From Acidobacteriota bacterium (lineage in GTDB: Bacteria > Acidobacteriota > Vicinamibacteria > Vicinamibacterales > SCN-69-37): DNA of 64,000 bases. How positions within the stretch are numbered: position 1 is the first letter of the stretch; each line of letters opens with the position of its first letter. Below the pieces are notes generated by a model. The model was not told where the DNA came from and made no database searches. It worked only from the letters and a program-made list of their open reading frames with translations. The position numbers were made by a program, and so were the translations under genes. Below, in pieces: positions 46,301-57,360 of this stretch. Where the stretch lies: assembly GCA_947467605.1 (NCBI GenBank), contig CANIII010000022.1:3044-67043 (forward strand), read 5' to 3'.

Positions 46301-47751
46301 GCCCGGACGACGCGCGTGTGCGCGATCCGGTCGTGAAGCGCACGACCATCACCGAGCAGGCTCACCCACAGTCCTGCGCCCAGTGGCAGACACGAGGCGA
46401 TCGCACCAATCGCGCGGGCCAGCGCCTGCCCGACGGAAATTCGATCGTTGATCACCGCACCGGTCGTCGTGCCGACCACGCGAATGCCGGCCACCATCTT
46501 GCCGATGGTCTGCCCGCACGCCGCCGTGAACAGCACCAGATAGCCGCCGTCAACCAGCAGGAAGAAGAGGCCAATTGGGAGGAACGGGAGGAGTCGGGCC
46601 TGCGATGGTACCAATCCGCAGACGCTCAACGTAAACCACACCACTGCGGCGTTGATCGATCCGAGCAACAGCAGATCGACCGCGACCGCGCTGAAGCGCT
46701 GGCCCGCACTGACACCCTGCAGCCACCCGGCCGGCAGCGACTGCGGTGTCGGCTCGGCCGACAACCGATGCGTCACATCCTCAGCCTTCGTCGACAGTGC
46801 GTGGTCGAGTTCGTCGATTCCCTGAAGCAAATCGCCGGCGGGCTGGCCTTCGGATTTGGCAGCGCGCGCGTACTTGGCCCGCAGCCGCGCGGGATCCGGT
46901 GTCGTTCGGCGCACGGCAAGCGGCGCGCGCAGCACCGTTGGCACCTGCACGAGCGGACGGTCGTCCACGTCCTCCACTGCGGCAGACGCGGACTCTGGCG
47001 CCATCATGTCCATCGGACCCGCCGCGTCGGTGGCGGCCTCAAGCGTCATCGGCATGCCAGCGCGGTCAGCGCGTTCATTCTGGAGCTCCGCGCGATCGGC
47101 ACGCGCAACGGTCGACGGTGTGGCCGGATCAATGACGTGGACGTCAGACATCACCCGCATGAACAATGGCAATTCTGACGTCACAGGGGCCAGCGACTCA
47201 CGCCGGGCCGGCGTCGTCGCGAGACTGTGGGGTTCGAGTGACAAGGACACAGCGGTCTCCGGTTCGGGTGGCGCGGGCATCGAAAACACCGGCGAGGGAA
47301 TGTCGACGCGTACGGTGATCGGCTCCATGGGCATCTCGAATCGCTCGACATGGACGTGCGCGATTCGCTCCATCGGCGGCGGCTCAAAATGCGAGGGCTC
47401 GATGGGCGTCGACCACTCATGCGCTTCTTCGACAATCCGCAACACATCGGCAGCCGGCGGCGTGGCGACGGCCGAGGTCGAGACGCGGCTCGATGCGCGC
47501 AGCGGCAGGGCGGGCTCTGACCGACCGCGCGCCAGCAGATCGTCCAGATCAAATCCCATGCTCTGCCCTGATGCGAGCGGTCCCATCTCGTCGAGCACCT
47601 GCAGGTCGAAGTCGACCAGCGGGGGCACCTCCGCGCTCATGCTCTCCATGGTCGACTTCAGATCGTCGCCGCTAAAGGACACGTCGTAGCCGCAGTTCTT
47701 GCAACGCGGACTCGGTTCAAAACCGAGGTACTGGCATTTTGGGCAGCGCAT
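46297..47751 (-). CDS. RDD-family membrane protein with N-terminal zinc ribbon and long low-complexity linker
   Basis: MRCPKC...RCKNCG; RFSAVAVD, GQTIGKMVAGIRVV, LHDRIAHTRVV. Confidence 0.82.
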   Translation of the reverse strand: MRCPKCQYLGFEPSPRCKNCGYDVSFSGDDLKSTMESMSAEVPPLVDFDLQVLDEMGPLASGQSMGFDLDDLLARGRSEPALPLRASSRVSTSAVATPPAADVLRIVEEAHEWSTPIEPSHFEPPPMERIAHVHVERFEMPMEPITVRVDIPSPVFSMPAPPEPETAVSLSLEPHSLATTPARRESLAPVTSELPLFMRVMSDVHVIDPATPSTVARADRAELQNERADRAGMPMTLEAATDAAGPMDMMAPESASAAVEDVDDRPLVQVPTVLRAPLAVRRTTPDPARLRAKYARAAKSEGQPAGDLLQGIDELDHALSTKAEDVTHRLSAEPTPQSLPAGWLQGVSAGQRFSAVAVDLLLLGSINAAVVWFTLSVCGLVPSQARLLPFLPIGLFFLLVDGGYLVLFTAACGQTIGKMVAGIRVVGTTTGAVINDRISVGQALARAIGAIASCLPLGAGLWVSLLGDGRALHDRIAHTRVVRA

Positions 47752-47752
47752 G

Positions 47753-48538
47753 TCAGTGCAATCTCCCGGGCGTCGATGCGTGAGAGGCATCGGCCGCCAG
47801 CAGCAACCGTTGGATTTCCACTCGTAGCTGATCCGCTTCCGGACGTAGTTCACTGTCAACAGCCACTCGGTCGAGCGCCTGCAAGGCGTCGGCGAGCCGG
47901 CCACGTGCATACATAGTGCGCGCGCGAACGAGCGCCACATCTGAACTTCCCAATACGGGGACCGAAACGGCAGCGACAACCGCGGGCGGTTCGGCCGATT
48001 CCGCCGGCTGCCAGGACGCCGGCCACACGACGCGTCCAATCAGCCACAGGGTGACGAGCACGGTGGCGCTCACCAAACCCCACCAGACGGTCGGCGTCTG
48101 GAGAAACGCGTCCGGGCCCGACGCGACGGTTGCGGTCGGCACCGGCTGCGGCCGCAGATGCTGCGCGCGCTCGGCCCGGTCCAGTCGCATCCGCAACGCT
48201 GCCGCCCGCTCGTCATCGCCGGTCGCCGCAATGGCCTCGCTGAGAAGTTGTCGGGCGTCAATGGTGCGCCCCTGATCCAGCAGTTGCTGACTGGCGTCCA
48301 GCAATTCCTCGGCGCTCCGCTGCCGTTCGGCGAGAGCCGTGCGAGCACGGTCAATGTAGGCGCGTGCGCGTGTGTGGGATCGATCGAGGAACAGCACGCG
48401 CGTCCAGATGTTGACGGCGTCTTCATACTGGCCGACAAAGTACCGATCCAGCCCTTCGACCAAGAGGGATTCCACTCGGCTGTCCCGATCGGGATCAGCG
48501 CCGGTACCCTCAAGATCGCTGCGACGAATCTCTGCCAT
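47753..48538 (-). CDS. TPR-TM-TPR hypothetical membrane protein
   Basis: GLDRYFVGQYEDAVNIWTRVLFLD TPR, central TM, C-terminal TPR-like helix; TATAAT on - strand upstream. Confidence 0.75.
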   Translation of the reverse strand: MAEIRRSDLEGTGADPDRDSRVESLLVEGLDRYFVGQYEDAVNIWTRVLFLDRSHTRARAYIDRARTALAERQRSAEELLDASQQLLDQGRTIDARQLLSEAIAATGDDERAAALRMRLDRAERAQHLRPQPVPTATVASGPDAFLQTPTVWWGLVSATVLVTLWLIGRVVWPASWQPAESAEPPAVVAAVSVPVLGSSDVALVRARTMYARGRLADALQALDRVAVDSELRPEADQLRVEIQRLLLAADASHASTPGRLH

Positions 48539-48610
48539 CAATCAGCCTGGCTGGGATTATAGCGACCTGCCTCGCACAGTACAAGAGGCTTGATGTGGTA
48601 CAAATTCTTC

Positions 48611-49501
48611 ATGGCAATCGTCGAGTGCATTCCCAACATCAGCGAAGGTCGGCGGCAGGACGTACTGGACGCGTGTGCCGCGGCGATCACCCAGACCGGC
48701 GTCCGCCTCCTCGATGTCAAACCGGACGGCTCACACAACCGCACGGTCTTCACATTCGCCGGTGAACCGACCCAAGTCCGCGCGGCTGTGATCGCGCTCT
48801 TCGACACGGCCATCCCGGCCATTGACCTCCGGCAGCACAGCGGTGAGCATCCCCGCATGGGCGCGGTCGACGTGGTGCCGTTTGTGCCGATTGAAGGCGT
48901 GACCATGACGGACTGCGTCAAGATGGCGCGCGAGGTGGGCGCAGAGCTCGCAGCGCGGCATCAGCTCCCGATCTATCTGTATGAAGAAGCCGCCAGCCAC
49001 CCGGCTCGTCGGAATCTGGAAGATGTGCGCCGCGGCGAATTCGAGGGACTCGCCAAGAAAATGGCCAGTGCGGACTGGACGCCGGATTTCGGTCCCAGTC
49101 AGCCACATCCATCGGCCGGTGCATCGGTGGTTGGTGCACGCATGCCGCTCATTGCCTACAACATCAATCTGGCGACCAATCGACTCGATGTCGCCAAAAA
49201 GATCGCCACCGCCGTGCGCAACAGTTCGGGCGGCCTCCGGTTCGTCAAAGCCATGGGCATTGAGCTCGGTGATCGAGAGATCGTGCAGGTCTCGATGAAC
49301 CTGACCAACTACGAAAAGACGCCGGTCTTCCGCGTGTTCGAGTTAGTCAAGCGTGAAGCCGCCCGGTACGGTGTGCAGGTGCTCGAAAGCGAACTGGTCG
49401 GGCTGATTCCGCAGGCGGCGCTGACGGCATCCGCCGCCTGGTATCTGCAACTCGACGGATTCCACGACTCGCAGATTCTCGAAAACAAACTGCGCGACTG
49501 A
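48611..49501 (+). CDS. ftcd: Glutamate formimidoyltransferase
   Basis: VECIPNISEGR, HNRTVFT, GEHPRMGAVDVVPFVP, QVSMNL, ESELVGLIP. Confidence 0.93.
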   Translation: MAIVECIPNISEGRRQDVLDACAAAITQTGVRLLDVKPDGSHNRTVFTFAGEPTQVRAAVIALFDTAIPAIDLRQHSGEHPRMGAVDVVPFVPIEGVTMTDCVKMAREVGAELAARHQLPIYLYEEAASHPARRNLEDVRRGEFEGLAKKMASADWTPDFGPSQPHPSAGASVVGARMPLIAYNINLATNRLDVAKKIATAVRNSSGGLRFVKAMGIELGDREIVQVSMNLTNYEKTPVFRVFELVKREAARYGVQVLESELVGLIPQAALTASAAWYLQLDGFHDSQILENKLRD

Positions 49502-49505
49502 CGCC

Positions 49506-50903
49506 CTAGATCGGGTCGTCGTCCTTGCGCGTGTGAATCCCGAGCCCACGCATCTTGCGGTAGAGGTTGCTGCGCTCAACGCCGAGGGCGTCGGCGGTTC
49601 TCGACATGTTGCCGTCAAACGCCGCCAGCGCCTGCAGGAGATAGTCGCGCTCCCAGGCATCCCGGGCTTCGTAGAGCGGGCGTACCGCCGACGCCACCGG
49701 TGTCGGCACGCGCGTCGCGGTCGCCGCCGGCGGAGCAAACTCAAAGATGTCGTCAAGGAACCACAGGTCTTCGACCGCGATGGTGTCGCTCGTGACCATG
49801 ATCATGAGCCGTTCGATGACGTTGCGCAGCTCACGCACATTGCCGGGCCACCGGTAGGACCGGAGAGCCTGCCCCGCCTCGGGTGCCAGCCGTTTAACCC
49901 GACGTCCATACTCGGTCGCGAACTCCGCAATGAAGTGTTCGGCGAGCCGAATGACATCGTTGCCACGCTCGCGCAATGGCGGCACGGCCAATGGAATGAC
50001 GTTCAGGCGGAAGAAGAGATCTTCGCGGAAGCGTCCGCCGCGGATTTCCTCCGGCAAATCCTTGTTGGTCGCGGCCAGCACCCGCACATCCACGCGCACG
50101 CTGGTGTGCCCGCCCACTGGCTCGATGATCTGTTCCTGCAGCGCGCGCAACACCTTCGCCTGCGTCTTCAGACTCATGTCGCCGATCTCGTCGAGAAACA
50201 GCGTACCGCCGCTCGCCAGTTCGAACTTGCCGCGACGATCCGAGACGGCGCCCGTGAACGCGCCCTTGAGGTGACCGAACAGCTCTGACTCGATCAGCTC
50301 TTCGGGAATCGCGGCGCAGTTCACCTCAATGAACGGCCCCGTCCGGCGCTGACTCAGTGCGTGAATCTGCCGCGCGACCAACTCCTTGCCCGTACCGTTC
50401 TCGCCGGAGATCAACACGCGCCCGTTCGTGGGCGCGGCCATCGCAATCTGCTCCCGAAGGGCACCGACCACCGGACTGTCGCCGACAATGACCAGCGGCC
50501 GATCGACGCGTGCGCGCAACGCGCGGTTCTCGATCTCGAGACGGCGCTGCCGAATCGCGTTGCGCACTGCGAGGACCGTCTTGTCAATCGACAGGGGTTT
50601 CTCGATGAAGTCGAACGCGCCGAGCCGCGTGGCGCGCATCGCCGTCTCGACGGTGCCGTGGCCGGAGATCATGATGACCGGCCCCTCGACACGCCGCTCG
50701 CGCAGACGCTCCAGCGTCGCCAGCCCGTCCATGCCAGGCAGCCAGATATCAAGCAGGATTACATCGTACGACTGCGTGGTCACCTGTTCGAGACAGGCTT
50801 CGCCGCTCTCCACGGCATCGACCGTGTAGCCTTCATCGCGCAGCACACCCGCCAGTGAGGAACGGACGCCGGCTTCGTCGTCGACAATCAGAATGGAAGA
50901 CAT
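49506..50903 (-). CDS. ntrX: Sigma54-dependent response regulator, NtrX-like
   Basis: Receiver (VDDE, LLDIWLP), GENGTGKE, ESELFGH-GAFTGA, WPGNVREL, Fis HTH. Confidence 0.85.
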   Translation of the reverse strand: MSSILIVDDEAGVRSSLAGVLRDEGYTVDAVESGEACLEQVTTQSYDVILLDIWLPGMDGLATLERLRERRVEGPVIMISGHGTVETAMRATRLGAFDFIEKPLSIDKTVLAVRNAIRQRRLEIENRALRARVDRPLVIVGDSPVVGALREQIAMAAPTNGRVLISGENGTGKELVARQIHALSQRRTGPFIEVNCAAIPEELIESELFGHLKGAFTGAVSDRRGKFELASGGTLFLDEIGDMSLKTQAKVLRALQEQIIEPVGGHTSVRVDVRVLAATNKDLPEEIRGGRFREDLFFRLNVIPLAVPPLRERGNDVIRLAEHFIAEFATEYGRRVKRLAPEAGQALRSYRWPGNVRELRNVIERLMIMVTSDTIAVEDLWFLDDIFEFAPPAATATRVPTPVASAVRPLYEARDAWERDYLLQALAAFDGNMSRTADALGVERSNLYRKMRGLGIHTRKDDDPI

Positions 50904-50906
50904 ACC

Positions 50907-53168
50907 CTACGCCGCTGGCAGGTCAACCGTGAAGACGGTTCCCTGCGGTTGAGCATCCTGCACCTCCACGGTGCCCCCATGCTCGGTGATGATGCGCCGC
51001 ACAATCGCGAGCCCGAGACCACTGCCGCGCCCCTTGGTGGAATAGTACGGCAGGAACAGTTTCTCGCGATCGGCCATCGGAATGCCGGGGCCGTTGTCGC
51101 TGACGGTCATCCGCACAACCCCGCTGCCCGCTTCATGCGAGGTCGCAATCCGCACGAACGGCGGCTCGCCACTCGGCCGCGGTCCGGCCGCCACGCCACC
51201 CAGCGCATCGATCGCGTTGTCGACCAAATTGATAATCACCTGCCGCATCTGCTCGGGATCCATCCGCACCGCCGGGACGGCGAGCCGGGCATCATGCACG
51301 AGTTCGACGGCGCCCTGCTGCAGCACGCCCCGATAGAGCCGCACGGTGTCGGCAGCGAGCACGTTCAGATCGGCCGGCACCAGCTTGGGCCCGCGCATGC
51401 GGGCGAACTGCGCGAACTCATCGACCAGTCCCTTGAGTGCCTCCACTTCCGTGATGATCGCGCCGGTGCACTCGTCAACGAGCGCACGCGCATTCGGGGG
51501 CGCCGTGGCAAAGTTGCGCTGCAACCGCTCGGCACTCAACTGAATTGGCGTGAGGGGATTCTTGATCTCATGGGCCAGTCGTCGCGCCACGTCACGCCAC
51601 GCCGCCACACGCTGCGCACGAATGAGTGGGGTGACGTCATCGAGTACCACGACGGCACCTTCGGACTTGCCGCCGTCAGCCACCAGCATGGTGGCCGCCA
51701 CCGCGAGATGGATTTCGCGTTCTTCACGCGCCAACGTGATTTCTTCCACGAGGGCCACCTGCCGGCCCTCGGCCGTCGCCTCGATGATCGGCAAGAGCGG
51801 CAACAGATCCTCCCGCGCAAACACCGCCACCGCGGGTCGGCCGATCGCGTGCGCATCCAGGCCCAGCACACGTTGCGCCGCGCCGTTCACGGTGGAGACG
51901 GCTCCGTCGGCCGACAGCGCGATGACGCCCGTGGCGACACGCTCGAGAATCGTCTCGATGTAGCGACGACGCGCATCGAGCCGCTCGTGGCTCGTGCGCA
52001 GTTCGGCGGCCATCGTGTTGAACGACTCCACGAGCGACCCCAACTCGTCGCTCGAATCGGGCTCGATGCGCAAATCCAGCTGGCCCGCGCCCACGGCGCG
52101 TGCGCCCTCAGCCAGCATCTGCACGGGGCGCGTAATGCGCTTGGCCACGAACAAGCCGAACCAAGTCGCACTGATGAGAATCAGGAGGGTCACCGCCAAA
52201 AAGAACGACAGATAGAACCCCTGCAACGGACCGCGTAACACCTTCGACTGCTGATACTGGCTGTAGGCGTCGGCCATGCGACGCGCGTGCTCGTTGATCT
52301 GCCCGCTCAGCGCTTCTGATGCAACCACCACGCCCACCATCGCGCCACCCGGTGCACGGACCGGAGCCGCGGCGCGGACCAGAATCCCGTCATCGATCTT
52401 GTCGTCGGCTTTCTCCGGGTGCCCCGAGGCCACGACGCGTGCAGCCAAGCGGTCGGCGGAGGCCATGGCGTGGCTCCGAGGCATGCTCGATTCACCGACC
52501 GAGGTGACAAACGCCGCATCGGCCGCGGCGCCGATACTGGCCGTGGATCGGTAGAGTTCGACCATTCCTGTCGACGTCACCGCGACCTCCGAGGCCAGCA
52601 CGGGTTGCAGGACGGCTACATCACCGGCCGCGACGGCGGTCGCCGACCGCGATAACGCGCTCGCGAGCCGTTCGGCGCGCGCGGCGGCGACCGTGGCGCG
52701 ATCGGTGTAGACAAGTTGCGCGATTTCGTTGGCGGCCGTCACGAGCTCATCCGCCGGCGTGCTGAACCAACGCTGGGCGGAACTGGTGATCATCTCGCTG
52801 CCGATGATCAGCACGAGCAACGAGGGAATGATCGTCATCGCCAGCAATGCGGCCACGAGTTTGGTCCGAAAGCGCGCGAACGGCAGCGCGCGGCGACGCT
52901 CGACCCACAGTTTGAAGACGTTGCGCGCCAGCACAAACACCAGCGCCACGACCATCAGCAGAATCACGGGGGACAACGCGTAGACACCGACGCTGCTGAT
53001 GTACTCAGGCCGCAGTTGCTCCGTGCGCGTCGCGGCCCAGAAGAGAAACACCAGCAGCGCGACCAGACCGAACACCACGCTGCCGATCAATCGCGGGTTA
53101 TCGAACAGGCGGCGTCGCGGGGGGCGCGCGACGGACTCGACGGGAGGATCAGGCGTGAGCAAGGGCAC
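50907..53168 (-). CDS. ntrY: NtrY-like sensor histidine kinase (TM, HAMP, PAS, HisKA, HATPase)
   Basis: AAWRDVARRLAHEIKNPLTPIQLSAERL, DNGPG, GSGLGLAIV; start uncertain. Confidence 0.87.
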   Translation of the reverse strand: MPLLTPDPPVESVARPPRRRLFDNPRLIGSVVFGLVALLVFLFWAATRTEQLRPEYISSVGVYALSPVILLMVVALVFVLARNVFKLWVERRRALPFARFRTKLVAALLAMTIIPSLLVLIIGSEMITSSAQRWFSTPADELVTAANEIAQLVYTDRATVAAARAERLASALSRSATAVAAGDVAVLQPVLASEVAVTSTGMVELYRSTASIGAAADAAFVTSVGESSMPRSHAMASADRLAARVVASGHPEKADDKIDDGILVRAAAPVRAPGGAMVGVVVASEALSGQINEHARRMADAYSQYQQSKVLRGPLQGFYLSFFLAVTLLILISATWFGLFVAKRITRPVQMLAEGARAVGAGQLDLRIEPDSSDELGSLVESFNTMAAELRTSHERLDARRRYIETILERVATGVIALSADGAVSTVNGAAQRVLGLDAHAIGRPAVAVFAREDLLPLLPIIEATAEGRQVALVEEITLAREEREIHLAVAATMLVADGGKSEGAVVVLDDVTPLIRAQRVAAWRDVARRLAHEIKNPLTPIQLSAERLQRNFATAPPNARALVDECTGAIITEVEALKGLVDEFAQFARMRGPKLVPADLNVLAADTVRLYRGVLQQGAVELVHDARLAVPAVRMDPEQMRQVIINLVDNAIDALGGVAAGPRPSGEPPFVRIATSHEAGSGVVRMTVSDNGPGIPMADREKLFLPYYSTKGRGSGLGLAIVRRIITEHGGTVEVQDAQPQGTVFTVDLPAA

Positions 53169-53173
53169 AGGCG

Positions 53174-53719
53174 CTACCGGATGAACGTGAAATCCGCGCG
53201 TCCAGTCGCATCGTCGCGGCCCCACGGCCAGAGCGAGAAACTGCGACGCGGCGTCGCTCGCATCCGCACGCGCACGTAGTACTCGCCGTTCGCCTCGAGG
53301 TCATCGCCCTTCGACAGGCTGACGCGCTCGAACTCGGTCGCCCACTTCCGGACGTCATCTTCCTTCGTGGTGCTCTCCGATGAGAACACCTGCCCGTCGG
53401 TCATCTTCGAGACCTGGAACGTGCGCGTGAGCGTGTCGTACTTGATCGACGAGGCCACGGTGACCGTGCTGACGGTGCGATCGAACCAGATGACGGCCGC
53501 TTGTCGTAGCTCGACGACAAAGGTCAGCGTGGTCGGCAACCCGCTTTGCACCGCCTCGCGCACTTCCGTCGTGTAACTGTCACCGGCGGCGAAGGACGCA
53601 AACACGTGGCCGGCCGTGACGAGCGGCGTCACGCGGACATCAGCGGCCAGCACCAACGCCACCACGAGGCTCCAGAGCACCAACACCACGCCGCCCCGCC
53701 GTCGCATGGTCATGGTCAT
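53174..53719 (-). CDS. Exported DUF4390-like protein upstream of ntrY
   Basis: Signal peptide, [29 protein letters not shown]; typical position before ntrY. Confidence 0.72.
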   Translation of the reverse strand: MTMTMRRRGGVVLVLWSLVVALVLAADVRVTPLVTAGHVFASFAAGDSYTTEVREAVQSGLPTTLTFVVELRQAAVIWFDRTVSTVTVASSIKYDTLTRTFQVSKMTDGQVFSSESTTKEDDVRKWATEFERVSLSKGDDLEANGEYYVRVRMRATPRRSFSLWPWGRDDATGRADFTFIR

Positions 53720-54174
53720 TCGCGTGACTTCAAGAGGTCATTCAGTTCGTGCTTGAATTCGTCGATGTCCCGGAAGTTGCGATAGACCGAGGCAAATCGC
53801 ACATAGGCGACCTTGTCGAGTTGCTTCAGTTCTTGCATCACGTGCGCGCCGATGTCTTCGGTGGTCATCTCGCGCTCTGGCTTTTCCTGTAACGCCGTTT
53901 CGACCTTGTCGGCGATGGCCTCGAGCGCAGCGACACGCACCGGTCGCTTCTCGCACGCCTTCAGCAGACCCGCCACAAACTTCTGACGTTCAAAGCGCTC
54001 GCGTCGGCCGTCCTTCTTGACGACCATATAGGGGATTTCGTCAATGCGCTCGTAGCTGGTAAAGCGACGGCCGCACTCCAGACACTCGCGGCGGCGGCGA
54101 ATGGCTTCGCCTTCCTTGCTTTCCCGGGAATCGACGACTTTGTCGCTCAGATGCCCGCAATACGGACACTTCAC
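53716..54174 (-). CDS. nrdR: Transcriptional repressor NrdR
   Basis: [34 protein letters not shown]. Confidence 0.97.
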   Translation of the reverse strand: MKCPYCGHLSDKVVDSRESKEGEAIRRRRECLECGRRFTSYERIDEIPYMVVKKDGRRERFERQKFVAGLLKACEKRPVRVAALEAIADKVETALQEKPEREMTTEDIGAHVMQELKQLDKVAYVRFASVYRNFRDIDEFKHELNDLLKSRE

Positions 54175-55190
54175 TTAAGGCCTCCGTCAGGCTGTACGCC
54201 CCGTACGCGCGCCAGCGTCAGTCCATCTTGCGCCATGTAGGCCAACCCCAGCAGTGAAATCGGCAGGAACGACACCATATGCAGGACGATGGCGGCGGCC
54301 GATGCTTGCTCGCGACCAGCGCCCAGAAACGACGTGGCGGCCAATTGATACATGAAGTGGAAACTACCGACTCCGGCGGGGACGGGCACGGCTACGCCGA
54401 CTGCGAGATACATCACGATGAGGAACGTCGAGGGGAAGGCCATCGTCAAATCCAGCGCGCGCGATGAAAACCAGATTCCCAGAGCGATGGTCAGCCAGAG
54501 CCACAGCGACCAGGCGACCGCCACAATCAGATGGCGCGGCTGTCGTAGCACCGCCAGGCCATCGACCAGCGTGTGGGCAAAGCCCTGGGCTACGGCGCCG
54601 AGTTTCGTGGGGAGCCATCCGGTGACGGTATTCGCCCAGCGACGCAGCGTCTCGGGCCGGCCTGCGCCAAACACCAAACCGACGAGCGCGATACCAGCCA
54701 CCGCGGCAGTGGCGAGCCCCGCCCCCTTCACTTGGGGACCGACGTCGATCGTCGAGGTCAGCAGAAACACACCGAAGAGCAGCATCACAGTCGACAGATC
54801 GAGCAGCCGCTCGATCAGGATCGTGGCAAACGCCGCGGGTGCGCTGACCGGTTCGGCCCGCGAGACCAAATACGGCCGCAGGAATTCGCCGAGTCGGCCC
54901 GGCAACACGTTGGTCGCCGTGAAGCCGATCACGGTGATCCGAAAGCTGTTGCGAAACGACACGCCCCCGATGGGCGCCAATAAGGCCTGCCACCGCCACG
55001 CGCGGAACGTATATGTCAGTACGGTCACCACGACCGCGGCCGCAATGTCGGTGAGATGTGCCCCGGCCAGGGCGCGCCCCAGTTGGTGGAGGTCGATGCC
55101 GTGGAGAAACCACGCGAGCAGCGCGACCGTGAATGCCGCGACGACCACGGTCTGCCAGGGGAAACCGCGGTTGGGCGCAACGGATGTCAT
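54171..55190 (-). CDS. Lysylphosphatidylglycerol synthase-TM / flippase-like membrane protein
   Basis: [28 protein letters not shown]; multi-TM. Confidence 0.85.
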   Translation of the reverse strand: MTSVAPNRGFPWQTVVVAAFTVALLAWFLHGIDLHQLGRALAGAHLTDIAAAVVVTVLTYTFRAWRWQALLAPIGGVSFRNSFRITVIGFTATNVLPGRLGEFLRPYLVSRAEPVSAPAAFATILIERLLDLSTVMLLFGVFLLTSTIDVGPQVKGAGLATAAVAGIALVGLVFGAGRPETLRRWANTVTGWLPTKLGAVAQGFAHTLVDGLAVLRQPRHLIVAVAWSLWLWLTIALGIWFSSRALDLTMAFPSTFLIVMYLAVGVAVPVPAGVGSFHFMYQLAATSFLGAGREQASAAAIVLHMVSFLPISLLGLAYMAQDGLTLARVRGVQPDGGLK

Positions 55191-55234
55191 CAGGCGGGCA
55201 GCATTGTTCGTACTATAAGATTGGCGGCAAGTCT

Positions 55235-56353
55235 ATGGGAAAACGAGAGTTACTGATTGCGTTGGCGTTCATCGTGGCCGGCACAGTCGCGTTTCAATTC
55301 AGCGCACCCCCCGCGAAAGATGCGGCGGCCGGGTTCTCGTTTGCCAAGTTGATTGATTCGGCACGTCGTGGAATGCGCGGCAATCAGGCCTACACGGCGC
55401 CGGCGCGCACCACGGCCTACCCGGTTGACGCCGACATCCGGGAGCTGCGCCTGCAAGGCGCGAACGGCCCCGTAAAGATCGTCGGCGACGCGCGCACCGA
55501 CGTCTCGCTGGAACTCACGGTCCGTTCGACCGGCGAGAACGAAGCGGCGGCCATCGCCATCGCGAACAAGACGACGGTCAAAGAGGACCGGGTCGGCGGC
55601 GTACTCACGCTCCAGATCGTGTTTCCGAAAGAAGAGAGTCAGACCTCGGCGATGGTGCTGAAAGTGCCGCAGCGGTTGGCCGTGCGCATGGACGGCTCGC
55701 GGGAGACGACGATCACCAACGTCAGCGCCGTAGAACTCACGAGTGCGGCGCGCGGTACCACGCAAATTGACCACATTGCCGGGCGCGTGTCGGGCGAACA
55801 AAGCGGCGGCACGATCACGCTCGCGTCGGTTGGTGCGCTGAAGATGACCTTGACCCGCGCACGCGGACGGATCAGCGAGATCCTCGGCGAGGCCTCCCTC
55901 GACGTCCGCGACGGCGACACCGAGATCATCACGTCTCGCGGACCATTGACGATTGAGGAACGCCGCGGCGACATCACGATTCGTGCGCACAAAGGGCCGG
56001 TCAACGTGTCCGGCTCCGACGGCCGGGTGCGCATCGAGGGGTCGACGGCCGAGGTGACACTCGATCTGCGACGTGCTGAAGTGGATGTTGAGCTCGCGAC
56101 CGGCATGGGCGGTAGCCTCGTGACGAGCGACGAGGAATTGCGCGTGACGTGGAGCGACCCGGCCAACGTGCATCTGGACGCGGTCGCGACCAACTCGACG
56201 ATCGATGCCGCCGACTGGGCACTGACCGCCACGAAGTCTGGTAACGACTCGCGACTCGACGCCGTACTCGGCCAGAAGACGTCGGCGGCGCCGCGGCTGT
56301 CATTGCGGAATCAAAACGCGACCATCGTCATCAAGAAATCAAGAAGAAAATAA
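55235..56353 (+). CDS. DUF4097/adhesin-like beta-repeat exported protein
   Basis: N-terminal TM, repeated short G-x-I/V strands (NGPVKI, GTITL, GDTEI, GDITI, GRVRI). Confidence 0.7.
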   Translation: MGKRELLIALAFIVAGTVAFQFSAPPAKDAAAGFSFAKLIDSARRGMRGNQAYTAPARTTAYPVDADIRELRLQGANGPVKIVGDARTDVSLELTVRSTGENEAAAIAIANKTTVKEDRVGGVLTLQIVFPKEESQTSAMVLKVPQRLAVRMDGSRETTITNVSAVELTSAARGTTQIDHIAGRVSGEQSGGTITLASVGALKMTLTRARGRISEILGEASLDVRDGDTEIITSRGPLTIEERRGDITIRAHKGPVNVSGSDGRVRIEGSTAEVTLDLRRAEVDVELATGMGGSLVTSDEELRVTWSDPANVHLDAVATNSTIDAADWALTATKSGNDSRLDAVLGQKTSAAPRLSLRNQNATIVIKKSRRK

Positions 56354-56377
56354 TCCGCGGGAAAGCGTCGCAACTAC

Positions 56378-56406
56378 TTGACCTCGCTCGCAGACGTGCG
56401 TACGCT
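56378..56406 (+). promoter_or_regulatory. Sigma70-type promoter for purC
   Basis: TTGACC-17 bp-TACGCT. Confidence 0.65.
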
Positions 56407-56425
56407 TCCTGTTCTTCATCACCCG

Positions 56426-57334
56426 ATGGCATCTTCACTCGTCCTTGAAACGAATCTCACCGGTCTCACGTTGCAGCGTCGCGGCAAAGTGCGCGACGTC
56501 TACGATCTTGGCGAACATTTGCTGATCGTCGCCACCGATCGCATCTCGGCGTTCGACTATGTGCTGGGCTCAGGCATTCCCGACAAGGGGAAGGTGCTGA
56601 CGCAACTGTCGGCATTCTGGTTCGAGAAGATCGTCGGGGATCTGGTGCCGCATCACCTGGTCTCGATCGACGTCGCGGACTTCCCTGCCGAGACCCGACC
56701 GCATCACGAGATCCTGCATGGCCGTTCCATGCTCGTGCGGAAGACGAATCCGTTGCAGGTGGAATGCGTGGCCCGGGGCTTTCTCTCCGGTTCCGGCCTT
56801 AAGGACTACAACAAGACGGGCGCGGTCTGCGGACACGCGCTTCCGGCAGGCCTGCGCGACTCGGATCGCCTGCCGTCGCCGATCTTCACGCCGGCGACCA
56901 AGGCCGAATCGGGCCACGACGAAAATATCAGCGAATCGACCGCCGGCGACATCGTCGGTCACGCGCTCATCGCCAAGCTTCGCGACCTCACGTTGGCAAT
57001 TTACGCCCGTGGCGTTGCTCACGCCGAAACCTGCGGCATCATCATCGCGGACACCAAGTTCGAATTTGGACTCGCCGGCCCTGACAACTCAGAGCTGGTG
57101 CTGATCGACGAAGTCCTCACGCCGGACTCGTCGCGCTTCTGGCCCAAGGCGCTTTACGCGCCCGGCCAGAGCCAGCCGAGCTACGACAAGCAGTTCGTCC
57201 GCGACTACCTCGAAGACATTCAGTGGAACAAACAGCCTCCGGTACCAGCACTGCCCGACGACGTGATCGCACGCACACGGGCGAAATACTTCGAAGCGTA
57301 CCGCCTGCTCTCGGGGCGCGAGCTGGATGTGTAG
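56426..57334 (+). CDS. purC: SAICAR synthetase
   Basis: GKVRDVY, TDRISAFD, IPDKG, FTPATKA, ADTKFEFG, DEVLTPDSSRFW, DKQFVRD. Confidence 0.96.
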   Translation: MASSLVLETNLTGLTLQRRGKVRDVYDLGEHLLIVATDRISAFDYVLGSGIPDKGKVLTQLSAFWFEKIVGDLVPHHLVSIDVADFPAETRPHHEILHGRSMLVRKTNPLQVECVARGFLSGSGLKDYNKTGAVCGHALPAGLRDSDRLPSPIFTPATKAESGHDENISESTAGDIVGHALIAKLRDLTLAIYARGVAHAETCGIIIADTKFEFGLAGPDNSELVLIDEVLTPDSSRFWPKALYAPGQSQPSYDKQFVRDYLEDIQWNKQPPVPALPDDVIARTRAKYFEAYRLLSGRELDV

Positions 57335-57360
57335 CGGCTCCGGCCGTCAAGCAACCGTCA

